A DNA stretch of 44,784 nt, taken from assembly GCF_001194135.2 (NCBI RefSeq), contig NC_068982.1, forward strand, positions 125,005,332 to 125,050,115, in the 5' to 3' direction. Below, piece after piece: positions 11,334 through 23,767 of the stretch. The notes beneath the pieces were generated by a model. The model ran no database searches. It saw nothing but the letters and a program-made list of their open reading frames with translations, and was not told where the DNA came from. Position 1 is the stretch's first letter; each line of letters starts with the position of its first letter. The position numbers and the translations under genes were made by a program. The DNA is from Octopus bimaculoides. Taxonomy: Eukaryota.

Positions 11334-12451
11334 TTCTGCGCCTGTGAATATGTGCATGTGTGTATTTATGTATGCATTTGTTTGCGAGCGCCTTTGTGTG
11401 TATGTATGTAAGTGCGTGTTTTGTAGCATGCTAAATAATTCAGTGATACACTGCATTTACCTTTTGCAAGCATCTCAAAATATAATTTACAAATTATAAT
11501 TCAATTGTTGTGGTTTCTACATCACACGAATTTGAGTTAGAATTCTTTGTAATCAAATTCACAAAGTTGCATAATATTTTATCATTTTAATCTTTCTTAC
11601 AGTGATCAGAACATATGTGCATGTCTATGTGTATATGTATATTTATAAACATACATGCATACAATCATATATGCGTACAAACACAAGCATTTGTACGTAT
11701 GTATGTTTGTATACATATATACATATTATCATACATATATGCATAAAAATGCATATATATATACCTATATATGATTATATATATATATATATATATATAT
11801 ATNNNNNNNNNNNNNNNNNNNNNNNNNNNNNNNNNNNNNNNNNNNNNNNNNNNNNNNNNNNNNNNNNNNNNNNNNNNNNNNNNNNNNNNNNNNNNNNNNN
11901 NNNNNNNNNNNNNNNNNNNNNNNNNNNNNNNNNNNNNNNNNNNNNNNNNNNNNNNNNNNNNNNNNNNNNNNNNNNNNNNNNNNNNNNNNNNNNNNNNNNN
12001 NNNNNNNNNNNNNNNNNNNNNNNNNNNNNNNNNNNNNNNNNNNNNNNNNNNNNNNNNNNNNNNNNNNNNNNNNNNNNNNNNNNNNNNNNNNNNNNNNNNN
12101 NNNNNNNNNNNNNNNNNNNNNNNNNNNNNNNNNNNNNNNNNNNNNNNNNNNNNNNNNNNNNNNNNNNNNNNNNNNNNNNNNNNNNNNNNNNNNNNNNNNN
12201 NNNNNNNNNNNNNNNNNNNNNNNNNNNNNNNNNNNNNNNNNNNNNNNNNNNNNNNNNNNNNNNNNNNNNNNNNNNNNNNNNNNNNNNNNNNNNNNNNNNN
12301 NNNNNNNNNNNNNNNNNNNNNNNNNNNNNNNNNNNNNNNNNNNNNNNNNNNNNNNNNNNNNNNNNNNNNNATTATCTCGCAGTTTTTCGCACAGGATACT
12401 GAGCTTCATTCACAATTGTATCGAATTATGCATCTGTGTGTTTGTGCGTGC

Positions 12452-12505
<54 letters not shown>

Positions 12506-12589
12506 ATGTAGCAATTTCAGGCTAATATTGATGATGCTGATGCTGATGCTGATGATGATTTAGACACGATCCCAGCAGATTTTGAAAAG

Positions 12590-13497
12590 ATGGGATTAGC
12601 CGATTACATCGGTCTCAGTTCATGACTGGTACTTTATTTTATCGACCTTGGAAGGATGAAAGGCAAAGTTGACTTCGCTGAGATTTAAACACAGTGAGAC
12701 AACTAACGCTCGCAAGATATTTTGGCCGATTCTGTAACGATTCCGTAAGTCCATAATATTTCAAATTTTTGGCATAAGGCCAACAATTCGCCTTCTATCA
12801 AGCCGTAATAATCCTTTCTACTATAGGCACAGGGCTAGAATTTTTGGTAAACCTATTATATCGACTCCAGCTCAGTGCTCAAATGGTACTTAATTTATCG
12901 ACCGCGAACGGATAAAACGCAATGTCGACCTCGGCGAATTTGAACTCAGAACATAATAACAAATACTGATGAGCATTTTGTCCGGCGTGCAAACGATTCT
13001 GCCATTTCGATGGCTTCCTACAACTATTAATAATCTTTTCTACTGCAAGCACAAAACCTGAAAAATTTTTTTTGGGGGGGGGGTGCAAGTCGAATGCATC
13101 GACCCCAGTGTGTAACTGGTACTTATTTAATCGACCTCGAAAGGATGAAAGGCAAAGTCGACCTCGGCGGAATTTGAACTCAGAACGTATCGGCAAACGA
13201 AATATCGCCAAGCATTTTGTCCGATGTGCAAAGGATTCTGCCAGCCCGCTGCCTTCCTAGAACTATTATTAGTAATAATAATAATATTTTCTACAATAAG
13301 TACGTCCTCTGGAATCTCGGCTAGAGGGCTAGTCGACTACATCAACCCCAGTAGTCAACTGGTACTTGTTTTATCGACTCCGAAAGGATGAAAAGCAAAG
13401 TCAACCGCGGCAGAATTTGAACTCAGATCGTAAAGACAGACGAAATGCCACTAAGCATTTTTCCCGGCGCGGTAACGATTCTGCCAGCTCGCTGCTT
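12590..13497 (-). mobile_element. Head-to-tail array of four family D SINEs (about 12590-12750, 12812-13010, 13030-13258, 13285-13497)
   Basis: Four repeats of ...ggtact...tttatcgac...ggatgaaaggcaaagtcgac...aatttgaactcaga...gattctgccagc. Confidence 0.9.
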
Positions 13498-13530
<33 letters not shown>

Positions 13531-13672
13531 ATCTTGTAGTAGTAGTAGTAGTAGTAGATCTTGTAGTAGTAGTTGTTGTTGTTCTTGTAGTAGTAGTANN
13601 NNNNNNNNGAGGCGGAGCGGAGGAGGAAGACTGAAATTTTGTTTGGCAGAGGTATCAATACACACGCACGCA

Positions 13673-13711
<39 letters not shown>

Positions 13712-14099
13712 ACACACACAGACACACTCAGCCAATAGGCCAATTGTTTACTTTTGGATATTTTGGCGCTTGCCATCTGGCCATAGTGCGCCATCAAGAC
13801 CGATAATGAATCGGGGATGAGCATCGTCACCTTTATCGTAACCCTTGTGCTAATCCGTCTAATCTATTCTAGAACAAGCTCCTGGTCAAGTGTATAACGT
13901 AGCGGTTCAGTCTATTTCCGCCTCGCCCTCATTTTGAATACAACACATTTTGTTCCACAATATCTTTAGTCTTTAGGGCCCAACTGTCTGAGGTAATGTT
14001 AGAGCAAGAAGGAAGCTAGAAGCGTTTTCCCTCTTTTCAATTCGATTTCACCCTTCATTCCTTCGCTTGGTGATACGCGTCTATGTACACGATTACTGT

Positions 14100-14466
14100 A
14101 TGGAGGCGCAATGGCCCAGTGGTTAGGGCAGCGGACTCGTGGTTATAGGATCGCGGTTTCGATTCCCAGACTGGGCGTTGTGAGTGTTTATTGAGCGAAA
14201 ACATCTAAAGCTCCACGAGGCTCCGGCAGGGGATGGTGGCGAACCCTGCTGTACTCTTTCACCACAACTTTCTCTCACACTTACTTCCTGTCTCTGTTGT
14301 GCCTGTAATTCAAAGGGTCAGCCTTGTCACACTGTGTCACGCTGAATAAGGGTACACGTGTCTGTGGAGTGCTCAGCCACTTGCACGTTAATTTCACGAG
14401 CAGGTTGTTCCGTTGATCGAATCAACTGGAACCCTCGACGTCGTAAGCGATGGAGTGCCAACAACA
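14100..14466 (+). mobile_element. SINE family A, full length with a small internal deletion
   Basis: tggaggcgcaatggcccagtgg...ggagtgccaacaac. Confidence 0.92.
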
Positions 14467-15012
14467 TGATTGTTGTTGACGCCGCTGCTGCGGTTATTGT
14501 TTGTTGTTGTTGTTGTTCGAATCAATTTAAATTGTTCAAAATGATGAAATTTTCTGTCTGAAATTCATTATTTTTCCTTTGTGAAATAAATGTATTTTGT
14601 TAAGAAATTTCTTTCCTTTTCTTTTTCTTTTTTCTTCTTTTCCTGTTTACTGTCTGTAAAACGTGTTTGTTTTCGTTCGATTAGCCTTTGTGAGTGGGCA
14701 ACAGTTTTAGACGCAATAGCCATTTTGTTTGTTTACTACTGACAGAAGAGAAATTACTTTTTTTTCCTCCGTAAATCATAAATTCCCTCAACTAAAACAA
14801 GGGGTGAGGATGGAATTAATACAAAACAATTAAGATCTCTATTTTTGTGTTTAAAAAAATCTTTTTCCATAATTACTCTTCGTAAAATTCCGCTATAAAG
14901 GAGAACTAGACGAAACAGCTCTGACAGCTATTGATAGAAGAAATTGTTGTTGTTGTAGCTGCAGCTGCTGTCGCTGCTGCTGCTGCTGCTGCTGTTGTTT
15001 CTGTTGTTGGTG

Positions 15013-15457
15013 AAGGCGGTGAGCTTGCAGAATTTTTTGCGCATCGGTCAAACTGCTTAGCGGTATGCCATCCGTCTTTACGTTCCGAGTTCAAATTCCG
15101 CCGAAGTCGACTTTACCTTTCATCCTTTCGGGGTCGATAAAATAAGTACCAGTTGAGCACATGGGGTCAATATAATCGACTAACCCCCTCCCACAAAAAT
15201 TTCAGGCCCTATGTTTGTAGTAGAAAGGATTATTATTAAAGCGGTGAGCTGGTAGAATCATTAGCATACCGGGCAAAATGCTTAGCGGCATTTCATCTTA
15301 TGCTCTGAGTTCAAAATCCGCCGAGGTTGACTTTGCTTTCATTTTTCGGGGTCGATAAATTAAGCACCAGTGAAACACTGAGGCCGATGTTATCGACATA
15401 CCTCCTCCCCACAAATTTCAGGCCTTGTGCCTATAGTAGAAAGGATTATTATTATTA
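15013..15457 (+). mobile_element. Two tandem family D SINEs with (ATT)n tails
   Basis: aaggcggtgagcttgcagaa...gagttcaaattcc...ctttcatcctttcggggtcgataaaataagtacc...gtagaaaggattattatt, twice. Confidence 0.9.
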
Positions 15458-15929
15458 CTAGCAGAAAGACCGCCCTCCAGATGGTTTTCTTCTAGCCAAT
15501 TGATAATATTTCCACATTTGATTCCCAATTCTAATAATTTTTATGATATTTTATGTCTAATTATTTTCTTGTATTAGTAAATATTGCTTTTGTTATTTTA
15601 TCATAGTCATAACCTCTCTTTTTAAAACAAGCATCAGGGTAGTCCAACTACATTTAATGTGCCAAAAAATAGCAGCGATCACATAGAGATATTTTAATAC
15701 CTATAGCGTATCCAATAGCCATAGCAGCAAATTCACTTGCTAATTCTTAGATAATGACGGAACGGAAATAAGTCATATGAGTTCGAGGCTTCAGAAGGTT
15801 TTAATAAGTTCTCCAATATACTCATTTTCAGTATGTTTAAACAATAAACTGAGTACATTTATACAGCGAATTTAAGTAAACAAAATGCCTGATTTCCTCA
15901 TCTGACGTGCAAAAAGGCACAAGGATTGT

Positions 15930-16340
15930 ATATTTTTAGCTCACCAGGGATCCTGGCCAACAGAAAATTATTCACAAATTGTGCTGCTTCATTTGTTGGA
16001 GTAACAATGGTTTTATTTGCAAACCACACAGAGTTTGTGAAGTTATTTTTGAGGTCAGTATATACAAAATCACATAGACCTGAAAGAGTACCACTTTCAA
16101 GGCAAAGGTCATTGGGTAATTTAATTTTCAATTCACCTAGACTTTGTTCAACAGAAATGTTACCATTTCCTACATCAAGAAGGTAATTAGCAAACTCTTT
16201 TTCATCAGAATGACCTTCTGTAAGAAATCTCAGATTGGTTGTCAACTCCACTACTTCCACATGATCCTAAAGAAAAGATCTCTTTAGTGCTGCATCAACA
16301 ATTTGTGATCTGACACCATTATTTGGAAGTAGATTATTCT
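15930..16340 (-). pseudogene. Helitron PIF1-family helicase fragment with a premature stop
   Basis: LLPNNGVRSQIVDAALKRSFL*DHVEVVELTTNLR...EFANYLLDVGNG...IVTPTNEAAQFVNNFLLARIPGELKIY; these are Helitron PIF1 motifs, with TGG mutated to TAG. Confidence 0.9.
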
Positions 16341-17035
16341 CCTCTCGAGATACACTAACCGGTCGGTCATGTGTAGCGGAAACAGAATCATGTGTACGTC
16401 TTCGTGCATATTAGGCATCTGTTTCAGTCGCTTTGCCCTGGTTTCATCTGATTCAGTTGCCCGTCTTTCTCTCTGCCGTTGTGCCTTTGCTGCTAAATTT
16501 TCTTTTTCAGTCGCATATCATATATAAATGAAAGCTCGTTAAAAACTATCTTGTTTAGCGTGCTAGAAATAGCATCGATCACATAGTTATAATTTTAAGG
16601 CTTATAGCGTTTCAAGTAGCCATACCAACAAAATTACTTCTTCATTAAAAAAAATTATACCGGTATATTAAAGAATTTTCATCTTATGAAAAATATTCAT
16701 TTAACAAACTCCGGACACTGATAATATTCCTGAAATTGTGTCTCGTATCAAGGCTGTTATTAAATTACCATTAATGAGAGACTGTTGCAAATAAAAACGT
16801 AAAATGTTACCTGCAACGAATTAATAGTGCTTATTATTAAACATTAAAATCTACTCCGCAATGAATGCAATGAATATTTAAATTTATGAAGAATTGGACG
16901 CAGTGATTGCAATGAATATTTAAATTTACGAAAAAATTCAATAAACCTCAGAAATCGAAATTATAGGAAATTTCTTAGAACATGAATCTATAAAAATATT
17001 TCCTGCTTTCTTTTAGTACTTTTAATAATTGTTAC

Positions 17036-17336
17036 GAGGGTCCCAGCTGATACGATCAACGGAACAGCTTGCACGTGAAATTAACGTGCAAGTGGCTGAG
17101 CACTCCACAGACACGTGTACCCTTCTCGTAGCTTTCAGGGAAATTCAGCGTGACACAGAGTGACAAGGCTGGCCCTTTGAAATACAGGTACTACTCATTT
17201 TTGCCGGCTGAGTGGACTGGAGCAACGTGAAATAAAGTGTCTTGCTCAAGGACACAACGCGTCGCTGTGAATTGAACTCACGACTTTACGATCGTGAGCC
17301 GAATGCCCTAACCACGAAGCCACACGCCTTCACTAG
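17036..17336 (-). mobile_element. CORE-type tRNA SINE family B (OR2-like) nested in the Helitron
   Basis: Head TGGCTTCGTGG/GAGTTCAATTC; CORE-like TGTGTCCTTGAGCAAGACACTT; 10-bp TSD taattgttac at 17026-17035 and 17337-17346. Confidence 0.9.
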
Positions 17337-17412
17337 TAATTGTTACATACCTAATTAATAAGCAGTTTCCTCCATTATAGTATATATAGATTATTATTAT
17401 TATTATTTGTAC

Positions 17413-17453
<41 letters not shown>

Positions 17454-18052
17454 ATAGCAGCAGCAGCGGCCGTTGTAATAGAAGTAGCAGTATTGTACAT
17501 TTATATTATTCATTCATTTCCACGTTATTCTCTCTCACGTTATTCACTTCCCCCCTCTCCCTCTCTCCATCTTTCTCTCACCGGCTCTCTGTCCTCCTTA
17601 ATTCTTTCTTTATCCCCATTCCCCCTCTCTCCTTCCCAGTCCTTCTCCCTTTCTCTCCTATCACAAAAATAACAATATCAATCTCCAAAGCATTTGGCAT
17701 AATTACCACCTTAGTATTGCATCCATTTTCACTGACTGGTCTGTTTACCTGCTGATTTCTAGCAAGCACCCTAATCCACCCCATACCGTATACTTCTACT
17801 TCCTTTCTGTCTTCCATTTCCCGTAAAAGCACTCTACAGTTCCTCATAAGTTTGCCGTAACCTTTTCAAGAGCCGGGAACAACTGTCATTTAACATAATG
17901 TAATTCAATATTTCATAAATGAAAATGTACCAGCATAACAGAACCAAAGTTTGACAGACACAACAAAGCAAAGCTGGCAGAAATACCAAGTTATGGGTGT
18001 AGATGTAAATGAAATGTATGGCAAAGCAACAACAACAGCATAATGATGATGA

Positions 18053-18710
18053 TAATCCTTTCTATTAAAGGCACAAGGCCAGAAATTTGAGTGGTGGGGG
18101 ACTAGTCGATTACATCAACTCCAGTGCTTCACTGGTACTTAATTTATCGACCCCGAAAGGATGAAAGGCAAAGTCGACCTCAGCAGAATTTGAACTCAGA
18201 ACGTAAAGACGGACGAAATGCCGTTAAGTATTTTGACCGGCGTGCTAACGTTTTTGCCAGCTTTCTACCTTAATAATTATTTCTACTGTAAGCACAAGGC
18301 CTGGAAAATTTTGGGGAAAGGAGGCTAGTCGATTACATCGAGCCCCAGTACGCAACTGATACTTAATTTATTGACCCCGAAAGGATGAAAGGCAAAGTCG
18401 ACCTCAGCGGAATTTGAACTCTGAAAGTAAAGACAGACAAAATACCGCTACGCATTTCGCCCGGCGTGTTAACGATTCTGCCAGCTCGCCGTCTTGATAA
18501 TGATAATAATACTTCTTTCTACCATAGGCACAAGGCCTGAAATTTCGTAGGATAGTCGATTACATCGACCTCAGTACACGACTGGTACTTATTTCATCGA
18601 CCCCGAAAGGATGACAGGTAAAGTCGACCTCGGCGGCATTTGAACTCAGAACGTAGCAGCAGACGAAGTATTTCGCCCGTCGTGCTAACAATTCTGACAG
18701 CTCGCCGCTT
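18053..18710 (-). mobile_element. Head-to-tail array of three family D SINEs
   Basis: Three units of about 210 bp separated by (AAT/GAT)n. Confidence 0.92.
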
Positions 18711-18934
18711 TCTATAATGATAATAATAATAATGTTGAACTCATTCCTTGATGTGAAGCTCATTCACTGATGCAAAAGTTATCAGCTCTAGTAGAAATAA
18801 TATTACAATAAAAGCAAGATCCCTTTCATGAACCATTTTTTTTATTCTTTTGTTCTATTATTCATATTCTTTGTTTCCGTCATTTGACTGCAGTCATGTT
18901 GGGGCATAGTCTTCAAGGGTTTAATAGATCAAAA

Positions 18935-19397
18935 GCGGCAGAAATGTTAGCCGCCGGGTGAAATGCTTTGCGGTATTTCGTCTGTCTTTATGTTCTGAGT
19001 TCAAATTCCGCCGAGTTCGACTTTGCCTTTCATCCTTTCGGGGTCGATAAAATAAGTACCGGTGAAATACTGGAGTCGATGTAATCGACTTAATCCCTTC
19101 TCCAAAAATTTCGGGCCTTGTGCGTAGATTAGAAAAGATTATTAATGATGCTGGATAAAGCGACGAGATGGCAGAATCGTTAGCACGCCGGGTGAAATGC
19201 TTAGTGGTATTTCGCCCGTCGCTACGTTCCGNNNNNNNNNNNNNNNNNNNNNNNNNNNNNNNNNNNNNNNNNNNNNNNNNNNNNNNNNNNNNNNNNNNNN
19301 NNNNNNNNNNNNNNNNNNNNNNNNNNNNNNNNNNNNNNNNNNNNNNNNNNNNNNNNNNNNNNNNNNNNNNNNNNNNNNNNNNNNNNNNNNNNNNNNN

Positions 19398-19494
<97 letters not shown>

Positions 19495-19572
19495 CATTAT
19501 TATTATTATTATTAAACTGCCGAGTTCGACTTTACCTTTCATCCTTTCTGGATCGATAAAAATGTACCAGTT
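18935..19572 (+). mobile_element. Family D SINE copies (one full, two partial around the gap)
   Basis: 18935-19145 complete; 19160-19231 head; 19515-19572 central domain. Confidence 0.85.
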
Positions 19573-19660
19573 CAAGGGCGGTGGATTTGTAAAAGCACAA
19601 TAACGTCGGACCCTTGGTGGTATTTGTTCTAGCTCTTTAAGTTCTAAGTTGAAAACTCAC

Positions 19661-19807
19661 CATGGCCTTCTGGGGTGACACACTTAATCCATCACCCAGT
19701 TTAACTTCACTACTTGGGTAACTTTCGCGGAGTTCCCTTTTAAGCCTTAGAGTGAGGTTCCAGCTTGAGGATATCTTCTTCCCTTCCTCAAAATAGTCTG
19801 GTATGCC
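19661..19807 (-). CDS. Candidate internal coding exon (phase 0-0, 49 aa), unidentified
   Basis: Acceptor cattttacag|GGC, strong donor ATG|GTGAGT, only one open frame (GIPDYFEEGKKISSSW...SPQKAM), GC raised over background. Confidence 0.3.
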
Positions 19808-20336
19808 CTGTAAAATGTTATGAGCACTACCTACCATTTGCTTAAAAGATAAAATAATAAAAAAAAACATTGTCCAATGTATTCATTCTGTTTTAAGACA
19901 CTAGGGAACTTGAGGGGACTTGGTTGTTATTTCAAGCATGTCAAACGATTTCCTTGTATGCGACCGTTTAATATACTTGAAATAACAACCCCTCGTTTAA
20001 TTTAGGTAGTTTACAGTTGTAAGCAGATGATTGCACGACACTGGTGGATTAGAATACAGGATTTTATGAAAAAAACAAGAGTACTTCTTTCCATATTTTG
20101 TAAATTAAACAATATTTCCAGCATGCGTATCGTCCTCCGGTGGCCGTTAATACAAAGGAAAGTAACTATCTCCTCAGCATGTGTAGCGGGTTATTTTGTT
20201 TTCTGGGAATTCTTCAAGCAATGGTTATCACTAACAACAAAAAACAATGTCAGTTGTCATCAGTAAATGGACTTTGAAGGCTTTGTTCTGTTTTAATATT
20301 TTTCGTTGTTAATTTTGCAGTATTTTAATATGAACA

Positions 20337-20357
20337 CTTTATTATTATTATTATTGT

Positions 20358-20419
<62 letters not shown>

Positions 20420-20464
20420 TTGTTATTATTATTATTATTATCATTGTTGGCGGCAAATAAAAGG

Positions 20465-20515
<51 letters not shown>

Positions 20516-20598
20516 CATCATCATCATCACCATCATCACCATCATCATCATCATCACCACCACCATCATCATCATCACCATCATCATCATCATTATTA
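20337..20598. repeat. Compound (ATT)/(ACT)/(CAT)n microsatellite
   Basis: Read directly from the sequence. Confidence 0.95.
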
Positions 20599-21639
20599 TT
20601 GAGGTGACGAGCTGGGAGAATCGTTAACATGCCAGGCAAAATGCTTGGCGTCTTTACGTTTGAGTTCAAACTCCGCCCTTACCCCGTCGCTTGAAATAGC
20701 TGACCTTGAGNNNNNNNNNNNNNNNNNNNNNNNNNNNNNNNNNNNNNNNNNNNNNNNNNNNNNNNNNNNNNNNNNNNNNNNNNNNNNNNNNNNNNNNNNN
20801 NNNNNNNNNNNNNNNNNNNNNNNNNNNNNNNNNNNNNNNNNNNNNNNNNNNNNNNNNNNNNNNNNNNNNNNNNNNNNNNNNNNNNNNNNNNNNNNNNNNN
20901 NNNNNNNNNNNNNNNNNNNNNNNNNNNNNNNNNNNNNNNNNNNNNNNNNNNNNNNNNNNNNNNNNNNNNNNNNNNNNNNNNNNNNNNNNNNNNNNNNNNN
21001 NNNNNNNNNNNNNNNNNNNNNNNNNNNNNNNNNNNNNNNNNNNNNNNNNNNNNNNNNNNNNNNNNNNNNNNNNNNNNNNNNNNNNNNNNNNNNNNNNNNN
21101 NNNNNNNNNNNNNNNNNNNNNNNNNNNNNNNNNNNNNNNNNNNNNNNNNNNNNNNNNNNNNNNNNNNNNNNNNNNNNNNNNNNNNNNNNNNNNNNNNNNN
21201 NNNNNNNNNNNNNNNNNNNNNNNNNNNNNNNNNNNNNNNNNNNNNNNNNNNNNNNNNNNNNNNNNNNNNNNNNNNNNNNNNNNNNNNNNNNNNNNNNNNN
21301 NNNNNNNNNNNNNNNNNNNNNNNNNNNNNNNNNNNNNNNNNNNNNNNNNNNNNNNNNNNNNNNNNNNNNNNNNNNNNNNNNNNNNNNNNNNNNNNNNNNN
21401 NNNNNNNNNNNNNNNNNNNNNNNNNNNNNNNNNNNNNNNNNNNNNNNNNNNNNNNNNNNNNNNNNNNNNNNNNNNNNNNNNNNNNNNNNNNNNNNNNNNN
21501 NNNNNNNNNNNNNNNNNNNNNNNNNNNNNNNNNNNNNNNNNNGGTACAGGACGTCAAAAAAAAACGTGGACAAAAAAGGAACGGGAACGTAAACAAAGCA
21601 CAAAAAACGAACTTTTTTTTATATATATATACTTTAAAT

Positions 21640-21770
21640 TTATAGAAAAACGAAAGACAATGACAGGTGTATGAACAACAAGCAAATGTATTAGACGCTC
21701 GGAAAAATGAAGAAGTCTTTTACGTTTCGAGCCTACGCTCTTCAGCAGAAACAAATAAAGCCTACACACA
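21640..21770 (-). mobile_element. Penelope-like terminal repeat with hammerhead-like motif
   Basis: Minus strand CTGCTGA A GAGC GTAG GCTC GAAACGT A; homologous to 36780-36965 and 37012-37175. Confidence 0.6.
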
Positions 21771-22700
21771 ATTTGTGAAATTCCTTCCTAAAGGTTAGTA
21801 CCATTCTACTCTTTAAAAAGTTTTCTCTTAATCTTAACATTTTAAAGAAAAATCTTTCTCTAAATATTATAACTGCATCGAGTAATTTCCTAAATACTCT
21901 CACACACTCCTCTGTCTCCGTCTGCCTATCTTTATCTCTTTCTGTCTGTCTCCATGTCTGTCTCTCTCCCTTTCTCTTTTTCTCTCTCACTTGCTTTCTC
22001 TTTCCATTTATTTATGTCATATGCCATATATTTCGGTCATTCTATACATAGACCGAGGGCGGTGCTGCTGTTTCACCGCATTCGTCGGGTTTTCACTCAA
22101 CTGATGAGATATCATGAACAAAGTCAATTGTAAATGGTATTTTCACAAAAAAAAAATAATGCTATTAGATTGGTTTGGAAGTTAATCGGCAAATTGCTCT
22201 AATTTCCTACTCTAATCAATGTCAACACAGGCTACAAAAACTGATAATTGACGTCGCCGTCGCCGTCGCCGCCATTGTAGGCGTCATCGCTGCCGTCATT
22301 GTCATCGTAATCGCCATCGTTGTCACTGTGATGGACGTCTCCTTTGTAAACACCATCAATAACACCCACTACTATTACTATTACTACTACTACTGCCGCT
22401 GCTGCTGCTACTGCTGCAATGGATGAATAAGTCGGATTGATAGACTGGACAGTACAGATATGCTTACATATCATTATTATTATTATTATCATTATTATTG
22501 TTAATTTGTAAACATACATCAATTATATCAAAATATCTTTTCGTGTTTACATTCTTTGACTATTGCTCTGTCTTTTGTCTGTCTGTCTGTCCGTCTGTCT
22601 GCCTGATGACTGTCTGTCTGTCTGACTCTCTCTCTCTCTCTCCGTTTGTCAGTCTGCTTGTCTCTCTCACTCTGTCCGTCTGTCTGCCTGTCTCCGTTTC

Positions 22701-22783
<83 letters not shown>

Positions 22784-23441
22784 NNNNNNNNNNNNNNNNN
22801 NNNNNNNNNNNNNNNNNNNNNNNNNNNNNNNNNNNNNNNNNNNNNNNNNNNNNNNNNNNNNNNNNNNNNNNNNNNNNNNNNNNNNNNNNNNNNNNNNNNN
22901 NNNNNNNNNNNNNNNNNNNNNNNNNNNNNNNNNNNNNNNNNNNNNNNNNNNNNNNNNNNNNNNNNNNNNNNNNNNNNNNNNNNNNNNNNNNNNNNNNNNN
23001 NNNNNNNNNNNNNNNNNNNNNNNNNNNNNNNNNNNNNNNNNNNNNNNNNNNNNNNNNNNNNNNNNNNNNNNNNNNNNNNNNNNNNNNNNNNNNNNNNNNN
23101 NNNNNNNNNNNNNNNNNNNNNNNNNNNNNNNNNNNNNNNNNNNNNNNNNNNNNNNNNNNNNNNNNNNNNNNNNNNNNNNNNNNNNNNNNNNNNNNNNNNN
23201 NNNNNNNNNNNNNNNNNNNNNNNNNNNNNNNNNNNNNNNNNNNNNNNNNNNNNNNNNNNNNNNNNNNNNNNNNNNNNNNNNNNNNNNNNNNNNNNNNNNN
23301 NNNNNNNNNNNNNNNNNNNNNNNNNNNNNNNNNNNNNNNNNNNNNNNNNNNNNNNNNNNNNNNNNNNNNNNNNNNNNNNNNNNNNNNNNNNNNNNNNNNN
23401 NNNNNNNNNNNNNNNNNNNNNNNNNNNNNNNNNNNNNNNNN

Positions 23442-23499
<58 letters not shown>

Positions 23500-23767
23500 T
23501 ATCTGTATATGTATATTTCTGTGCATGCATATATATCTCCTTGTCTCCTGTGCCAAAACATATAGTTGTCAAAACAAGTTCTCTGTCCAGTCAGCCGCGT
23601 CAAATCGCCAACGTCCAAACAGCCATATCCAATCGCCTCGTTCCTTCTTCAGTGAAGTATGTTCCACTTGTTTTTATATTTAAGCACCTCTGGGTCGTTG
23701 ACAGTTAATATTATTAGCTTGACGCTGAAAGAATGAAAACAAACTTATAATGTAATAGTTATAGAAA

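Larger units (their letters stand above)
15458..17390 (-). mobile_element. Complete non-autonomous Helitron (internally deleted RepHel), with a nested SINE
   Basis: Minus-strand 5' end A|TCTATATATAC at 17390; 3' end imperfect hairpin plus CTAG|T at 15458; no TSD; removing it restores a continuous (ATT)n; internal PIF1 helicase remnant. Confidence 0.88.

Noticed and set aside
12590-13497. Regularly spaced repeats resembling a CRISPR or shufflon array
   Set aside because: The units are diverged SINEs of about 210 bp in animal DNA, with no constant short repeat and unique spacers.
14100-14175. tRNA-like sequences with A and B boxes
   Set aside because: These are SINE heads continuous with SINE bodies, with no complete cloverleaf; not called tRNA genes.
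14358-14561. Recurrent ORF MSVECSATCTLISRAG (also 2184, 29565, 41550)
   Set aside because: It is a reading frame within the SINE 3' module, not a gene family.
22100-22130. CTGATGAG hammerhead-like core
   Set aside because: No GAAA after a plausible stem II.
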